Source: Octopus vulgaris
Taxonomy: Eukaryota
DNA: 64,000 nucleotides
Direction: 5' to 3'
Assembly (NCBI GenBank): GCA_951406725.2
Contig: OX597816.1
Coordinates: 97,154,001 to 97,218,000 of the forward strand
Below the pieces are notes generated by a model. The model did not search any database. It had not been told where the DNA came from and saw only the letters and a list, made by a program, of their open reading frames with translations. How positions within the stretch are numbered: position 1 is the stretch's first letter; the number at the start of each line of letters is the position of its first letter. Below are positions 41,637 through 56,719 of the stretch, piece after piece. The position numbers were made by a program, and so were the translations under genes.

Positions 41637-41812
41637 AACAAACAAACAAGCACACATGCTTACAATGTTCTTCCACGCAGTTTTCGTCTATCACATTCAC
41701 TCAGAAGCTATTAATCTGTTCGAAGCTATAGCGGAAGATGCTTGCTTAACGTAGTTGTACTGAACCAGGATCCAAGTGCAAAACAATGTTCTTAACGACA
41801 CACTCACACTTC
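41462..41812 (-). mobile_element. Degenerate SINE family A with internal (CA)n
   Basis: ccaacaccggttgtcaag, cagttttcgtcta and gctatagcggaagatgcttgc match the reverse complement of 45009-45478. Confidence 0.6.
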
Positions 41813-42349
41813 TGGCCATAATATAAATACTTAGATCCGGATTGGGCATACACACAAACAAAACACATAAGCACACACGTACATATAGATGCCCGTTTGT
41901 CTCTCATTTCGATAACTACATTTATCTCATCCAACTGTGAAATCCTACCGTCATAAGACTGTTACCATCGCTTTACCTGTATCCAGTCGTATGCGATTTC
42001 CACTTTGGGTCTCATTCAATGTTTCTATTATTTTACATTTCCTCGCAAATACAAATAGATACATATCCACACCACAATGCTGATACGAACAAATGACGTT
42101 ATATATTCCGATCAGAGCACCTATATCAATGTATATGTAAAGTATGTATGAACACATACAAGTAGGTACTTTTGAATAACGATGGGAAGTCATAAGGATT
42201 GTTACGGATTGTGTTGTGTATATGTATTCAATCCACGTAAAAATGTTCGTAGGTATGCTTATGCAGTTGTTCGCAATAGTGTGCGTATGCATGCATGTGT
42301 CGGAATCAATAATTTCCTCTTCATCCAATCGTTTCATTAATCTACATAA

Positions 42350-42960
42350 ATTTATAATCATGGGCTGCGAATTACAACAGTGGACATTACCAAAGGATAT
42401 AATCTATGGTCTTGGAAATATGAGTGGCGGTTGACAACAATATGGTTGATGTCTTCAGTCTTTGTATTACATAGCCTACATCTGTTGTCTGTTAACGTTT
42501 TCTGCTTCTTATGCTGTAGGTACTTGATGGGAGATCTCATGTTCTTGAATTGCATGGAAGTAACCTTTAAAGTTGGATGTTGTAAACCAATCGGTATTCA
42601 ATGCCAACCTTTTGACATGATTAATCTCATCTATGTTTTGAGTTCTTCATGCCCAGTACCCATCTAACCAACTGGTCCATTTTCTGATTTTGATGTTTTG
42701 ATCAAATAGATTTTACCAATGCTTGTCGGGGAGAGATCAGTATCAGCTCTTATCAAATACTTCGTTAGCTATTTTCATTATGCAATTCACTACATGGTCA
42801 CAAACTCAGGCAGATACTTACTGGTCGCTTCCCTCTGCTGCGGATGGTGTTTCAGTGTCACAATCCGTGCTTCATTTCACACGAATACAAAAATACAGAT
42901 TTATTACCACGAACACCATCCTTGTGTGGGAAGTAATGCCCGACTATATCTCTGCTGATG
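42350..42960 (-). mobile_element. Dong/R4-type LINE fragment (zinc-knuckle region)
   Basis: DNRCRLCNTKTEDINHI and a FKGYFHAIQEHEIS-like segment homologous to 20255-20310. Confidence 0.7.
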
Positions 42961-43004
42961 TTGATGTCACCTGTAACACAGAACAGCTTGCGAGTTCAAA
43001 CAAG

Positions 43005-43087
43005 TATGTATGTATGTATGTATGTATGTATGTATGTATGTATGTATGTATGTATGTATGTATGTATGTATGTATGTATGTATGTAT
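43005..43087. repeat. (TATG)n microsatellite
   Basis: Read directly from the sequence. Confidence 0.95.
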
Positions 43088-43794
43088 GCGTGTGTGAGTG
43101 CGTACGTGTGTGAGTGCGTACGTGTGTGAGTGCGTTTGTCTGTGTGAGTGTGTGTGTGAGTATGAGTATGAGTGTGTGGAGAAAGGCACACTCCCTTTCT
43201 AAATGGGTACTAAAGATTCCAATTCCCCCAAAATATATCTTCATTCTACTATTGTAACGTATTTAAGTGGTTGTAGTATACAGTAAATCAAATTACATGT
43301 CTAGCTCTCTTTGTATTCGATCATCAATACAAAACATACATACATATATGCATATATACTTTCAAATATATATATTTGTGTGTGTGAGTGTGCATATGAA
43401 TACAGCATGAGTTTATACGTACGTAAGTGCGCACGTTTGTGAGCAAGTGAAAATGTGTGTGGGAATGTTTGTGTGTTTGCTAGTGTATACGTGTGTGTGT
43501 GTGTGTGTGATGGTGAATTTATGTGATGTGTGTGTGTGTGATTCTGTGACTGTCTATGTACAGGCGCACGCGTGTGTAACAAAATTGTAAAAACCAATAT
43601 TATTTCATGAAGCTGAAATAACTTTAACTCATTTTATTGAAATTTACTTTTCTAATTTTCATATCACTCATTTGATTATACGTACACACACACACACACA
43701 CGCATACACAAACACACACACATACACTCATACAGACAGACACACACATATCTACATACATACATACATACACACATACATATATATGTGTGTA

Positions 43795-43937
<143 letters not shown>

Positions 43938-44151
43938 GAGTACACACATGATATAGACATGCACTTGCAACGACATATTGAAGCTGCATTATGTTGACTA
44001 ATGTGTTATGGTTCTAAGCTACTTGCGGAATGTTCCACTTGTTCGTGTTAATGTTAGGCGCGCTGAAGCGAATTGTGTTATTTTGGCGTATAGGTGAAGA
44101 ACAATGCCTACATTTAAAAGCAATTTATCCTGTTGCAGCAAAATGCTGCTG

Positions 44152-44168
44152 TTACTACTACTACTACA

Positions 44169-44227
<59 letters not shown>

Positions 44228-44301
44228 GACCACCACCACTACCGCCGCCGCCGCCAGCATCACCACCAGCATCACCACCACCATCACCACCACCCACACT
44301 A

Positions 44302-44354
<53 letters not shown>

Positions 44355-44376
44355 GCTACTGCTGCTGCTGCTGCTC
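44152..44376. repeat. Compound trinucleotide repeat (CTA)n-(CCA/CCG)n-(CTA)n-(CTG)n
   Basis: Read directly from the sequence. Confidence 0.93.
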
Positions 44377-45008
44377 ACACTACAGCTACTCTGGCAGTAT
44401 TAAATTAAAGTAGCCATCTACATATATTTTCTTAATGTAATATATATTTTTGAAAAGCAAGTTCCAACGGTTTTCTTCAGAGAAAAAATTTTGTAGGGAC
44501 GTATTGTTTAAAAACACAATGTGTATCGTGTGTGTGAGGATAGACGAAAAAATCTTCCTGACAGCGGCTATCAAAGGCGATAAATCTCTTCTAAGCATGT
44601 AGCTGACTGCGAGTTCACGTTATTGATAATGCCTACAAAGATCGAGATGCATTGAGCGTTTTGCTAGCCGCACTTGGATTAATTTTTTGTCAGTGCAACA
44701 TATCCATGTGAGATTCAATGTACAGTAGCTGGTCTGTCAGCAGAGTATATACATTGAAGATGATACATATATGCTCATCTTAATTCAATACTGCTTCAAT
44801 TGCGTAGACTAGATTAATGAATGAGTATTTTGTCAAGATGTTTAATTTGTAACGAAGGTGAGCAAGTTGAATTATTGAAAAGAAACTAATGGCTTAAATG
44901 AAGTTATATGTATCCAGACAACAGTAAGAATCAACTGGTTTATTTTTCTCAAGTGCATAATGCATATCCAATCAATAAATCTAAATATTTTAAAACTATA
45001 TTTAACCA

Positions 45009-45478
<470 letters not shown>

Positions 45479-46242
45479 CCCAAAAAACAGGATGACACCT
45501 CTTGAATCGACCAAAGATGGGGAAATCTAAAATGTACTATCCAGTTTATTTCTAATTATGTTGGGATTTATTCTTATAACTCGGTTGTAGAAAACTAAAT
45601 AGTACTTCTTTATGAATACTGTCATTTCAAAGTCTTTTACACTTTTGCTAGTATTTGCTATTCGCAATTTGTCGAAAGTACTTGTAGCCATAAATAGCAA
45701 AACCAAGTTTGTATAGTTTTTTTTTTTCCCCCGTGATTCTGTCCATAAACACGACTAACAATATACGCCTTAGAAATCTAAGTCAAAGTGCAGTAGAGGT
45801 GAGATATTTATTTTAGTTGAGAAATATATTTTAGTTGAAACACGGAAAGATATATTTACGTGAAACTAAAAATTCAATGGTTTAACGAGAGCAGTAAATG
45901 TTTCGGCTTTGCACTGAATTTCCGGTAAAAGTCCATAAAGAAACTATGAAAATGAATTTAATTGAAACTACAACGAATATAATCTAAAGTTATTCTATGT
46001 GGCAAAGAAATAAACTATACTGTGGAAGGAGAGTGATTCCAGTTATACGTTACCAAACAATGCCCTGTAAATTATTCATACAATTATGACTGAAATTTTC
46101 TTTCGCTTTCGCAGTCATATTAAAATTTCTTCATAAAAATGGGTGTACGTATATTGGAAGCTTCATATACATGCATACACACAAACACACACACATATAT
46201 ATATATATGCACGCATGTATATACACATACATATAAATATGC

Positions 46243-46290
<48 letters not shown>

Positions 46291-46671
46291 ATATATACAT
46301 ATATATATACATATATACTCACACACAAATATATGGATATATATAATGTATGTATCCATGTATGCATACATATGTATTTATGTATTATGTATGTACATAC
46401 ATATGTATTTATGTATTATGCATGTACGTACGTATGTATCTATATGTGTATGTATTTGTATGTATGCAGATACATAAATCTATACGTGTGTGTATATGTA
46501 CATCTGTACATAATCTCTTTCTCTTTCTTTTTCTCTCTCCTTCTTTCGTTCTCTGTGCGTGTGTGTCTCTGTCTCTTTGTCTCTCTCTCTGTCTCTGTCT
46601 CTATTCATGTATAGACAAATAGAGTGTGTGAGAAAGAGAAAGAAAAAGAAAAAGCGACAGAAGGAGAAAGA

Positions 46672-46675
<4 letters not shown>

Positions 46676-46713
<38 letters not shown>
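46676..46713. repeat. (AG)n microsatellite
   Basis: Read directly from the sequence. Confidence 0.9.
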
Positions 46714-46716
<3 letters not shown>

Positions 46717-48356
46717 GGAAAGGTAGTTTGTAGTGCACTCTATTTACTATATTGATTGAAGAAAAATGGTTTACGAAATTTTATGTTGCCAAGAAACTAC
46801 CAGAATTAGATATATTATGAATTTATATGATTTGTATATGCATAGCCACAGTGTGAGAAAAAGAGAGAATGAGAGTGTATGCCTACCCGCTATACGTACA
46901 TATAGAGTTGCATGTTGTCATGTAACGGGATTAAAGAAATAGATATAGGATTGCAATTATATTATTGTATATATTTTTGTTAAAGTCAACTACGTTTTCG
47001 TTAAGGTTTCTTGCTGAATAGGTACTTTCTAGATGGCATATTGATAAAGAATTTTGTAGAAATTCCACTATATTTTGGAACGTAAACATTCTCCATTTCA
47101 CCATCCATCATCACGTTATCCATCATCTCATGCATTAGACCATACTCTTGCTCTTGAAAGTAAATCATCTGTTAATTAAAGTTCTTGTGCATTATATCTG
47201 CTTTGATAGATAAATTTAAGTGGCACACTATTAAAAGATTTTTCCTTCAATTTTAATTTAAACAGTTTTTTTTTCTATATACTAGTATACTAGAAAAGAA
47301 CTTCTACACAGACGTCAATGAATTTACCATACAACGGAGTAAAACTAGCTCTTTTGCAACTAGTAAATAAAAATCTAAATGATTTGAACCTGCACTCGAC
47401 ATCTCGCGTAATTTCTTTGCAAAATGATTTCTGTCGAACTCCCCAAACTAATTACTACCACACACTAAGAAGCTGGATCCATTTTTGTGCACTTCATTGT
47501 TGATTTTTCCTATTTTCAGATTTCCAAATACATCTTCAGTGACATATTTTGGTCTTGCGCTCCTTCTTGCGGAACATTTTGGTTTCGAGATCACTCACGT
47601 GAAAAAAATATTTCTGGTGTGAAGAAGAGTAATTTTGAATTCTCTGGTTGAATAGAGAGAGATCGATATTCTTGATGCCTCTGCAAACGCTAAATTTTGG
47701 TTCAACTCCTGAGTAAAAAGTATCAATTTGACAATGTTACTGCAAGAACTTTTCTAATTAATTATTAAACCAAGCATTTTCATTACGTTTTATTTGTTTG
47801 TTTTTCGTTCTTGTTTCTGTCTAAGGCAGGGGAAAAGTACCACCCATACACACGTACCATAAGTGACACGTTCTTAATTGTATTAGAAAGATGGCTGGAT
47901 CTGTCTCAGAAGTGTTATTTATAGATGTGACAAATTTCACTGAAATTTCTATTATTTATGTCTATGTATTTTCGACAATCATTTTAAATAGAGCTTTGAA
48001 ATATGTCTTCATATATATATATTTCCCCAGTAATGGATTACTTCTTATAATTTTTGACAAGATAATATATTATTTTTGGCAAGATAGTAAAAAAGATCTT
48101 TTAATATTTAAATATACTTACATGGTTCATTGACGATTTTGTTCTCTGAGTTGTTTTCCCTTTTGCTTCGGAATGAATATTTCATCAATATAGATGATTT
48201 CTCAAACGTTACAATACCTGTCATCGATGTAGATTTACTTTTATTTTTCTTTACATTTTATAGGAATTATTGAGTTTTGAAGAAAAGTTATATTTCCAGT
48301 GTCACTCTGGTTTACTGTTGTCAGTTTGATATTTTGTCCTGCTGTTGGGACACGAA

Positions 48357-48703
48357 GGCGCACGACTCTGTGGTTAGAGCGTCGGGCTCACAATCATGCG
48401 GTAGTGAGTTTGATTCTCGGATCGGGATATGTGTTGTGTTCTTCAGCAAGACACTTTATTTAACGTTGCTCCAGTTCACTCAACTATAGAAATGAGTTTC
48501 GAGGTCACTGGTGCCAAGCTGTATCGATCTTTGCCGTTCCCTTGGACAACATCACTGGTGTGGAGAGGGGAGACTGGAATGCATGCATGACTACTGGTCT
48601 TTCGTAAAGTAACCTTACTCGGACTTGTACGTCGGAAGAGGAACTTCCTAGGTGCAATCCTATGGTCATTCATGACCAATGGCGAATCTATCACCTTCAC
48701 CCC
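48357..48703 (+). mobile_element. tRNA-derived SINE, family C
   Basis: Head ggcgcacgactctgtggttagagcg...gagtttgattc (A/B-box-like); core gttgtgttcttcagcaagacacttta resembles the conserved central domains of metazoan SINE superfamilies. Confidence 0.75.
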
Positions 48704-49847
48704 TTAGGGGTAAATGTAATAGATTCGCCATCTATAAATTCGTAAAGGTAATAGATTATTTTGTTTGTAGTTTTCGGAATCTGATAGTCATTCATGGGAG
48801 ATTAGGACATTCATCCATCTTGGTGAGACATTCAGCGCTTGTTTCTTTTTCGTTCAATAAATTAAAACATTGATACTCTATTGTATCTAAGCGTTTTACA
48901 GTTTGTATTGTCTAATATTTGTGTTATATAATTGGATTTAATTCTCTCTTGTATTTAGCATTCTGGCCCGTGGCGAGTCACCCGCCATCCATGCATCTTC
49001 TTTTGTTTTTTGACACTATTACTTTTTACCCATAAAAAACCATTCTTGGTAAAAGTGCTTGGATTTGAAACAACTGTTTTCTTTCAAGGCAATATTGGTT
49101 TCTCAACAACTATAGCTCTTTTTTTATATTTTTATTTATTGAATTTTGGATTTATATCATAGTCATCTCTTTTTCTTTTTATTTAATTTTCTTTTTGTTG
49201 ATCCCATTAAGTATTACGCTAGCTTGTAGTTAGTAAAATGTTCCATAAAAAGTGAGCAAAAGTAAATAGCTGACAAATTAAATTCCACAGCTACAGAAAC
49301 ATAATGATGTTTTAGCAACTACAATATCAATTTCAACAATCTAGACAATATCGTTAACAACCACATCAATAGCACACACGTTTTGTCAAGCGAAAAGTAT
49401 CTTGTTTTAATGAAATAAAGGTCAATTTTGAGCAACACATTTACGACTAGCACAAATTCTAGATATAAAGTTCCTAGAAATAAGGGGATGGTGGACATGG
49501 TTTACCTAGCAGCAAGCAATCCTTGTGGTAGATATCTGTACGGAGGAAAATACAACGCTGCCTGGGAAACAAAGAAGGAATATTGTATATATATATATAT
49601 ATGCTTCGCTATAATCACATCGGTTATAAGTAAACTCCTAAATCGTCAACTGGAGGAGTTGGGGGCCGACGTGTAGAGCAATATATTCTCCCTCAAATGA
49701 CGTAAGTCTTATATGACCGTTTGCCTGGTTTTCGAAACTGGAGAGAGTGTTAAGAAGCAAGAAGAGTTCTTGCTGAATTATGGAACTCAACACGAAGGTA
49801 AATATGAATAAGTGTGGTAATAAAGCTGAATCTTCGCTAAATGATAC

Positions 49848-50322
49848 GATATTTAATCAGGAAACGTATGCATGTCTCTCATTGTGAGTGTGGAATAGCA
49901 TCAAGAATCGACATACAAGTTGGAGGGAGGGTCAATCATTACACTTGTGAAATTGAGGCTTTTTTGAGGAGTTTCCACTTGGAAGAAATCGGCAAAACTG
50001 AAACAACGAGAAAAAGATAAGAAGAAAAGAAAAGAAGCCCTCAACGCCCCTGTTCTCAAAATAATATAGTCAACGTTCCACAAATAGTGGAAAATATTCT
50101 CAGTGAGATCATTCTTAGAATCTGATGATCATGTGCCCTTTCCTAAACATTACTATTTGCACCCCCATCTAAAGGACAATGAAAAAGGATATTTAATCCG
50201 GAAACGTTTGCAAGTCTCTCGTTGTGAGTGTGGAATAGCATCAAGAATCGAAATACATGCCGAGGGACACTTGTGAAATTGAGGCTTATTTGAGGACTTT
50301 CCACTTGGAAGAAATTGGCAAA
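49848..50322 (+). repeat. Two ~140-bp direct repeats 340 bp apart; possible Penelope pseudo-LTRs
   Basis: 49848-49996 and 50188-50322 share gatatttaatc.ggaaacgt.tgca.gtctctc.ttgtgagtgtggaatagcatcaagaatcga...tttccacttggaagaaat.ggcaaa. Confidence 0.7.
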
Positions 50323-50659
50323 TACATGGAAAAGATATAGGGTCCGTATAATGGAATGCTCTGATAAAATCCGAGTGTTAGCTGCTAATCCTGACGCGGA
50401 TTGTTTGGTCTTATTCATTTCTTGTGCTTTTAAATGATCTATTTTCAAATTATATTACGTCTTAATATATATTCATTTAATTTATTTTGTGTAAATTAAT
50501 GTAAAGCATATAATACACTTTAGTATATAGTAAAATGTCTTTCCTCTTTTATAAAACATTGTATATACCCTCATATTTTTGAAATACAGTTATATTGCCG
50601 TTTATGTTGTCTGTGAGAATGACCGCGGGTGGTAAAAGAGGAAGTAGTTAATATTATCA

Positions 50660-50660
50660 T

Positions 50661-50732
<72 letters not shown>
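50660..50732. repeat. (ACT)n microsatellite
   Basis: Read directly from the sequence. Confidence 0.95.
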
Positions 50733-52794
50733 AACAAATTTTTATGTCTTCGGATCGGTTAAAGAAGTCTTTCATGTTTTGTATTCCATAAATCCACAAT
50801 TCACTTTTCAGTAGCTATATGTCTCTTAGTTTTTATTCCACAGTTCTTCAACGCTTTATGTGAGTTGAGATTAATTTCACTCTCGGATAACTCTTATCAG
50901 TTTTGATAAGGCATCAATAACTATTTGTTTCTTCTTTTTTTTGTTTCAGCACAATGCACAATGCCATAGATTTGGAAAGAAAGAATAGACGTTATTGAAA
51001 TGCTATCGATCCAGCAGAAATAAAGGCAACTATCAACTCTGCAGGCATTTGAACTGAGAACATAACCGGACATAAGTAAAAAATCAAAAGCTACAAGTCT
51101 TTTGGGGAAACTGTATGAGGTCATACGGTTTACTAGAAATAGTAACCAAATCTACTATTAATCACAACTTGTTTTTTTAAAAAGAAACGACACATTTGAT
51201 GAAGTATTTGTGGATATATTTTGTCTGGGACAAACCAATAGCTACACCGTTAAAAGTTATCTTGTGAAGAACATTACTATTTCTGACTTTCACCATGGAG
51301 TAATGACTCAATGGTTAGTTCTTAACTCAATTCATAGTAACAAATGTATATGTTTGTAGATAGAACAGTCATCTGAATCGATTCTTTTATATTATTTCTT
51401 CTTATATTCTCACTGATGTTTTTGAAGAAATCTTATTGATTTAATATTTGTAGTAGGATCCTTTTCTTTATCTGCTTTGAACCCGTATTTTTATATATTA
51501 AAATCTAAGTGTATCTCTTTACTACTCATACTTTCTTTTGTATCGTGTTTTCGATATCTATGTACCACCATGAACTATATGACGGACTCTACCCACTGGT
51601 TCCACACAAAGCTGTCTCTACGTTTTCCCAGAATTTATCGAACATTACGTGTTGTTTGTTCTGTTCATTCCCTCTCTTACTTTCTAGCTTTTCATTCTCG
51701 ATGATAGATTTCCAGTACATGATATTTAATTGTTAATTCTAATCCTCATAATTTTTGTATTTGTCTTAGTAGAATTATGAAACATGATTATTTGTAGGAC
51801 TCCATGACTGTTGGGTAAATCTGTAAGGAATCATTTGACCAAGATATCGATTTATTTATTTCGGACTCGTGATCTGGTGGGAATGATCGCGGCACAATGA
51901 AATCTGCTAAAAACACTCGTAGGCTAATGATACTCTCCCACTTAGAGATTATTCAACCTTTTCCTAGCTGTGGATATAACTTACCACACCTATCCTTTAA
52001 TTGATTTGGGTTAATATGTTACAATGCCTTCTGGATTTTCTCCTTTTTAGTAACAATATAGACAGTAATTTTTACAGTTATAATGAATTATTTAATGTGA
52101 AAATTTTCCTATACTGTTTTTAGTTACAATCGAATATGTCCCAAATACTGACTCGAAGTTTCATGAAACATGTAGTATCATATCACATGGTTGATTCGGT
52201 AGATTTTAGCCCTTACTTTCAAACTTGTGGCCATGTGGCAATGTTAAAAATTATCATTATTAACAATCACTTATTCAGCTCTTAAACAATGTACAATCTC
52301 AACTGACCACTTCATCATTATGTCGTATATTTTCTTCCCTCTCCGTATTTTCACAAGTATTAAAAAGTGAGACTCGCATATATCCTTGCTATGGCCTCTT
52401 TTTTTATTGTTCTCTCCACCACTCTTATCTCTCTTATTTCAAGCATATTCTACTCATCTATATCACAATATCTTTGATTTAGTTCTCTTACATTTTGCCA
52501 AATAACACAGTTATCTTTCGTCTTTGAAGTGTAGTTTAAGGTCATCTAAGGACATTTACTGTTCTACAGCTTCGAAGTTTAGAGAGATGATAATCCCCCT
52601 CCTCCTTAAGATAATCAAGTAATCTCATTTGATATTAAGTTGAAGACACTGTATTTATCTCAATAAATTTTATCCAGTTATGGATAACAATAATTTTCAT
52701 ATTTCCATAATAGAATAAATAGGAATCATGTAATATATTTCAATTGCCGTCTTGCGTTTTAGTGCGATCATTTTTTCGGGAGCAATTCGTAAAT

Positions 52795-52953
52795 AAGCTG
52801 ATTACAACTACCCCAGTGTTCAACTGGTACTTATTTCATCGATCTCAAAAGGATGAATGGTAAAGTCGACCCCGGCAGCACTTGAACTCAAAATGTAAAG
52901 TCGGAAGAAATACCACTAAACACTTTGTCCGGTACAGTAATGATTCGCCGCCT
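52795..52953 (-). mobile_element. SINE family B (Nin-domain-like core)
   Basis: Minus strand ttttgagttcaagtgctgccggggtcgactttaccattcatccttttgagatcgatgaaataagtaccagttgaacactggg. Confidence 0.7.
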
Positions 52954-55199
52954 CTAGCATCATAGAAATATTGTAATCAACTTGCAATCTCACGTTCTAC
53001 ATTAAACTAAGTGCCTCATTCAATACAGATGATACCACACTACACGCGTTTGTAACCTTCCATGAACCACGCGTCATCGACCAAGAAACTTGCATTGGAT
53101 CTATGATAGGAAATCTCAATAATATTCTTTAAATGGGCCATATCAAAAATTTATGCTTCAACAACATGCAGTCAAAACCACTCTATCATCGAGAAACAAT
53201 ATTGTACTTCGTGATCTCTAGTCAAAGATAAAATTAAACTAAAACCTTCAAATCAAGACAAATACAAAGTTTCCCAAATTTTGATGGTCTCTCATAGCGA
53301 TCACTTATACACATGGCAAACACTGCATCTCCAAGGACTATCGTTGCTCTTTAGAGCCAGGTACTACTACAGCTCCTATCTCTCTATGAAGCTTATGTGA
53401 GTCCTACGTCTGCAGCTGCTGTTAGCCCGCATACACTAAAATGTTTTGCTTAATGGCATAAAGTCACTCACCTCACAATTTACTGTAGGCCAAATTAACA
53501 ATTACATCGATCTTACCGACCTCAAAAAGTTTTCAAAGCCACGTTATAAACACATGTATATATCTCCGCATTGCAAACCTTTAGTGACGTTATGTTTAGT
53601 TTGATGTAAGACATGTTAAGATTTACCAAACTAATATTATAATACACACTAGCTTACCCAATTGTGAAGAAAAATAATTTATGCAGCTATGAGTTATTAC
53701 TTTCAAGGCAAATGCAATAGATTAAGTGACATAAAAACAAGATATAAGTCTCAACTATATCCTGAAAACTAGGATTCCTATTTAGATTAACATTACAAAA
53801 TCAGCCTTAACATAATACATACCCATATAATTCAGAAATGTAACTCAGATCTTGGAATAGCTGAAAGTCTAACCTAGCAAGCATAAAATAATCACCTCTT
53901 GATGATTTGAAACGATTAAGTTACCACCATGCTGCAGTTATTAACTTAAATTAATCTTACTTCTCTTCACCCGTTTTTCAAGAATCCTGAGTGCTGTCGA
54001 CTTCACCGACAAAAGAATACAAAAGGAATTAATCATCTATATATATTTCACTGTAATTTATATGTAGCAATATAAATTTTCCCAAAACGTAAAAATAATT
54101 CCAAGGGAATGGATTCTTTTGTACGAGGTTCGAAGAGAATTTGAAATCAGCTCTGCAAACTAACATTAATAAAGTTCTCCTTCTTCTCCCCACTCTCTCT
54201 CCTTCTCTCTACTCTCAGGTATTGCGATGTTGACCTGTGAAGTACTTTAAATGTTTGAATCAAGGAAACATAGCTGTGATCCGATAACCGGAAACGAACC
54301 ACATATTTTAAGCTTCGTTGTGGCTAACTATTACTTCACTCATCTGCCACTCCGCAATTGATTAATTTGATTAAAGAGCATTCACACTATTTGATAACAT
54401 ATGTGCGCAGAAAACGCAGAGACAGCTTTAATGATGGGTGAGAACAATGTTGGCTTCTTCCGGAAGTCTATTTTCTTAATTCATCTGTTGCTGTTATTTG
54501 TTACAGTTAATCACAATTGAAATTGCATATGGCAAGAAATGTTCTTGGAGAAAATGAAAGAGTCAGTAATTAGTGGTGATTATTGAACAGCGAAAGTAAT
54601 TCCATTATGAATTATGAGGAGAGAAACAAAGAACTCAATTTGAAAGCAGTAGCTGGTAAAACCTGAAGTTATAATTCGTTTAACTTCATTCAGTGAGGAA
54701 ATATCGAACTTCCTTATCCAACTGGACATTCATTAGCTCCACATTAATTATAAAATTTTCACTCTTTGCAAATATTATATTACCGGCGTATAAAAATTAA
54801 TTACGCCAAAATAAAATGGTGATGAATTAAGTCATAAAATAGTTATAAATATAATTTTATAGCTGACTTCAAGAGTTAGCTTTTAGCCAACTTTCTTGCT
54901 AATTACTGGATTTGCTTTGCAACAGAGAATTTTGGAATTTGGGTGTTCACCGCCATATTGGATATTCAGAAAGCCTAACGATAAAAGGTAATGATACAAT
55001 AATATTTTTAAAAGGAATCAGAAAATAGAATAAACATCAAAACATATTTATGTACATTTATGGAGCTAATGGATATAAAAAAAGCAGAAAATATGAGTAT
55101 TTATAAGAAACATCTGCTGATTATGGTTATGCAATATCTAAGGAGTAATTTTTACAAAAATATTCTTTCCAAAGACCCCGGGTTGTATTACAAAAATAT

Positions 55200-55740
55200 A
55201 AATATCTCAACCCAAATCAATATCTGCTGCCCAGGCTATAATCTATACTCAAAAGTCTCTCCAAGAGACTTCGTATGTGTCTCCAAGAGACTTCATGGCT
55301 TTGTATGTGTAGATTCAACTCCTTACTTTGCTTATCAAGTCGCCTGGGTATGAGCATTAAAGGCTTCGAGTTACTCTTGCTTAAAAGCTTGCACATCAAA
55401 ACTAACAATACATCTAATTCCACCACTTCTATACAAAATCATCCAACGACCAGGGGATTCTTGGCCAAACTTCTCGGTGCACGTGAAATATCTATCTTAC
55501 ACCCATCCTCCCAAGGTCAACGTTCACAGCGACTGCAATAACCACAGCTTCTCTTGCCTCTCACGCCTACAGGCCTTGCCTAAGCTTTACAAAGCTCAAG
55601 CAAGTTCTGTAATGGAGTAATATTTCTATGTCATATTGCTTCTAGAATTACAAGCATTATGTTCATCTCATGGAAATAAAGGTCATTCAGCTGATTGACC
55701 TGAAGTAGTTCACCAAAAAACTCCATTTCTGGACCACAGA
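55200..55740 (+). mobile_element. Highly decayed APE-type LINE remnant
   Basis: KLYKAQASSVME* resembles the RT C-terminal LYK..RP.MEY motif; otherwise fragmentary. Confidence 0.3.
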
Positions 55741-55751
55741 CTTGCCGAGTT

Positions 55752-55815
<64 letters not shown>

Positions 55816-55845
55816 TACCACCACCACCACCACCACCACCACCAT
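55752..55845. repeat. (CTA)n-(CCA)n microsatellite
   Basis: Read directly from the sequence. Confidence 0.93.
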
Positions 55846-56633
55846 CCTCTCTGCTTAAACTAGTGGTTAATGTAGAGACAACTTAGAATTCTCTTTAATA
55901 TTTCCAATGTAATATATATTTATTAATGTATTATAAACATTCTAGGCTTACCGTTGTACCAGGCATTACAAAACCACTATTGCTCAGAAATTTAGAATTA
56001 ATCATGCCGACTGTTTATTTTATTTTAAAAATAAACGGTCAGCATGAATCTTTACTGAACAAATCCATCTAACAAGTTCGGCCAGCTCCCATTATGTATC
56101 ACTATGCAAAAATATCAGTAACACAAACACAAGTTAAATAGAAATGGAGTCAATCTAAGCTCTACGTTTAATAGCAAAGAATTCATTTTGAAATATGGTG
56201 AGTAAGTAATCCTCTGATTTATCCAAAACTGAATACCGAAAGAAAAAAAAATGCATCCAGCGTAGCAAGAGACATTTTAAAAACCAACTAGAAAGGAAAA
56301 TATGCAAACATAATAAAAGAAAATACTAATAAATGCAGCCCTGTTCCACCCGAACTAAAACAAAACACATCGCAAACATGGATCATAACAGAAGAGAAAA
56401 TATCGACAACACAATACACTCAGTAAGATAATAAAGAAAGGATTGATTAGAGACACCCATGACATAACACACCTAATAAATGTAGGAAAATAACGAATAG
56501 TGCCAAGTAAATGCGTGCACTGACTGAAGAGATTTTAAAATGAAATGAAACAAAAGTTTTAAGAGAAAACTTGCACTTGTTGAAAATAGTGTAAAACTTT
56601 AACGCCTAGTAATAAATTATATAACGAAAAAGA

Positions 56634-56710
<77 letters not shown>

Positions 56711-56719
56711 CAAACCAGC

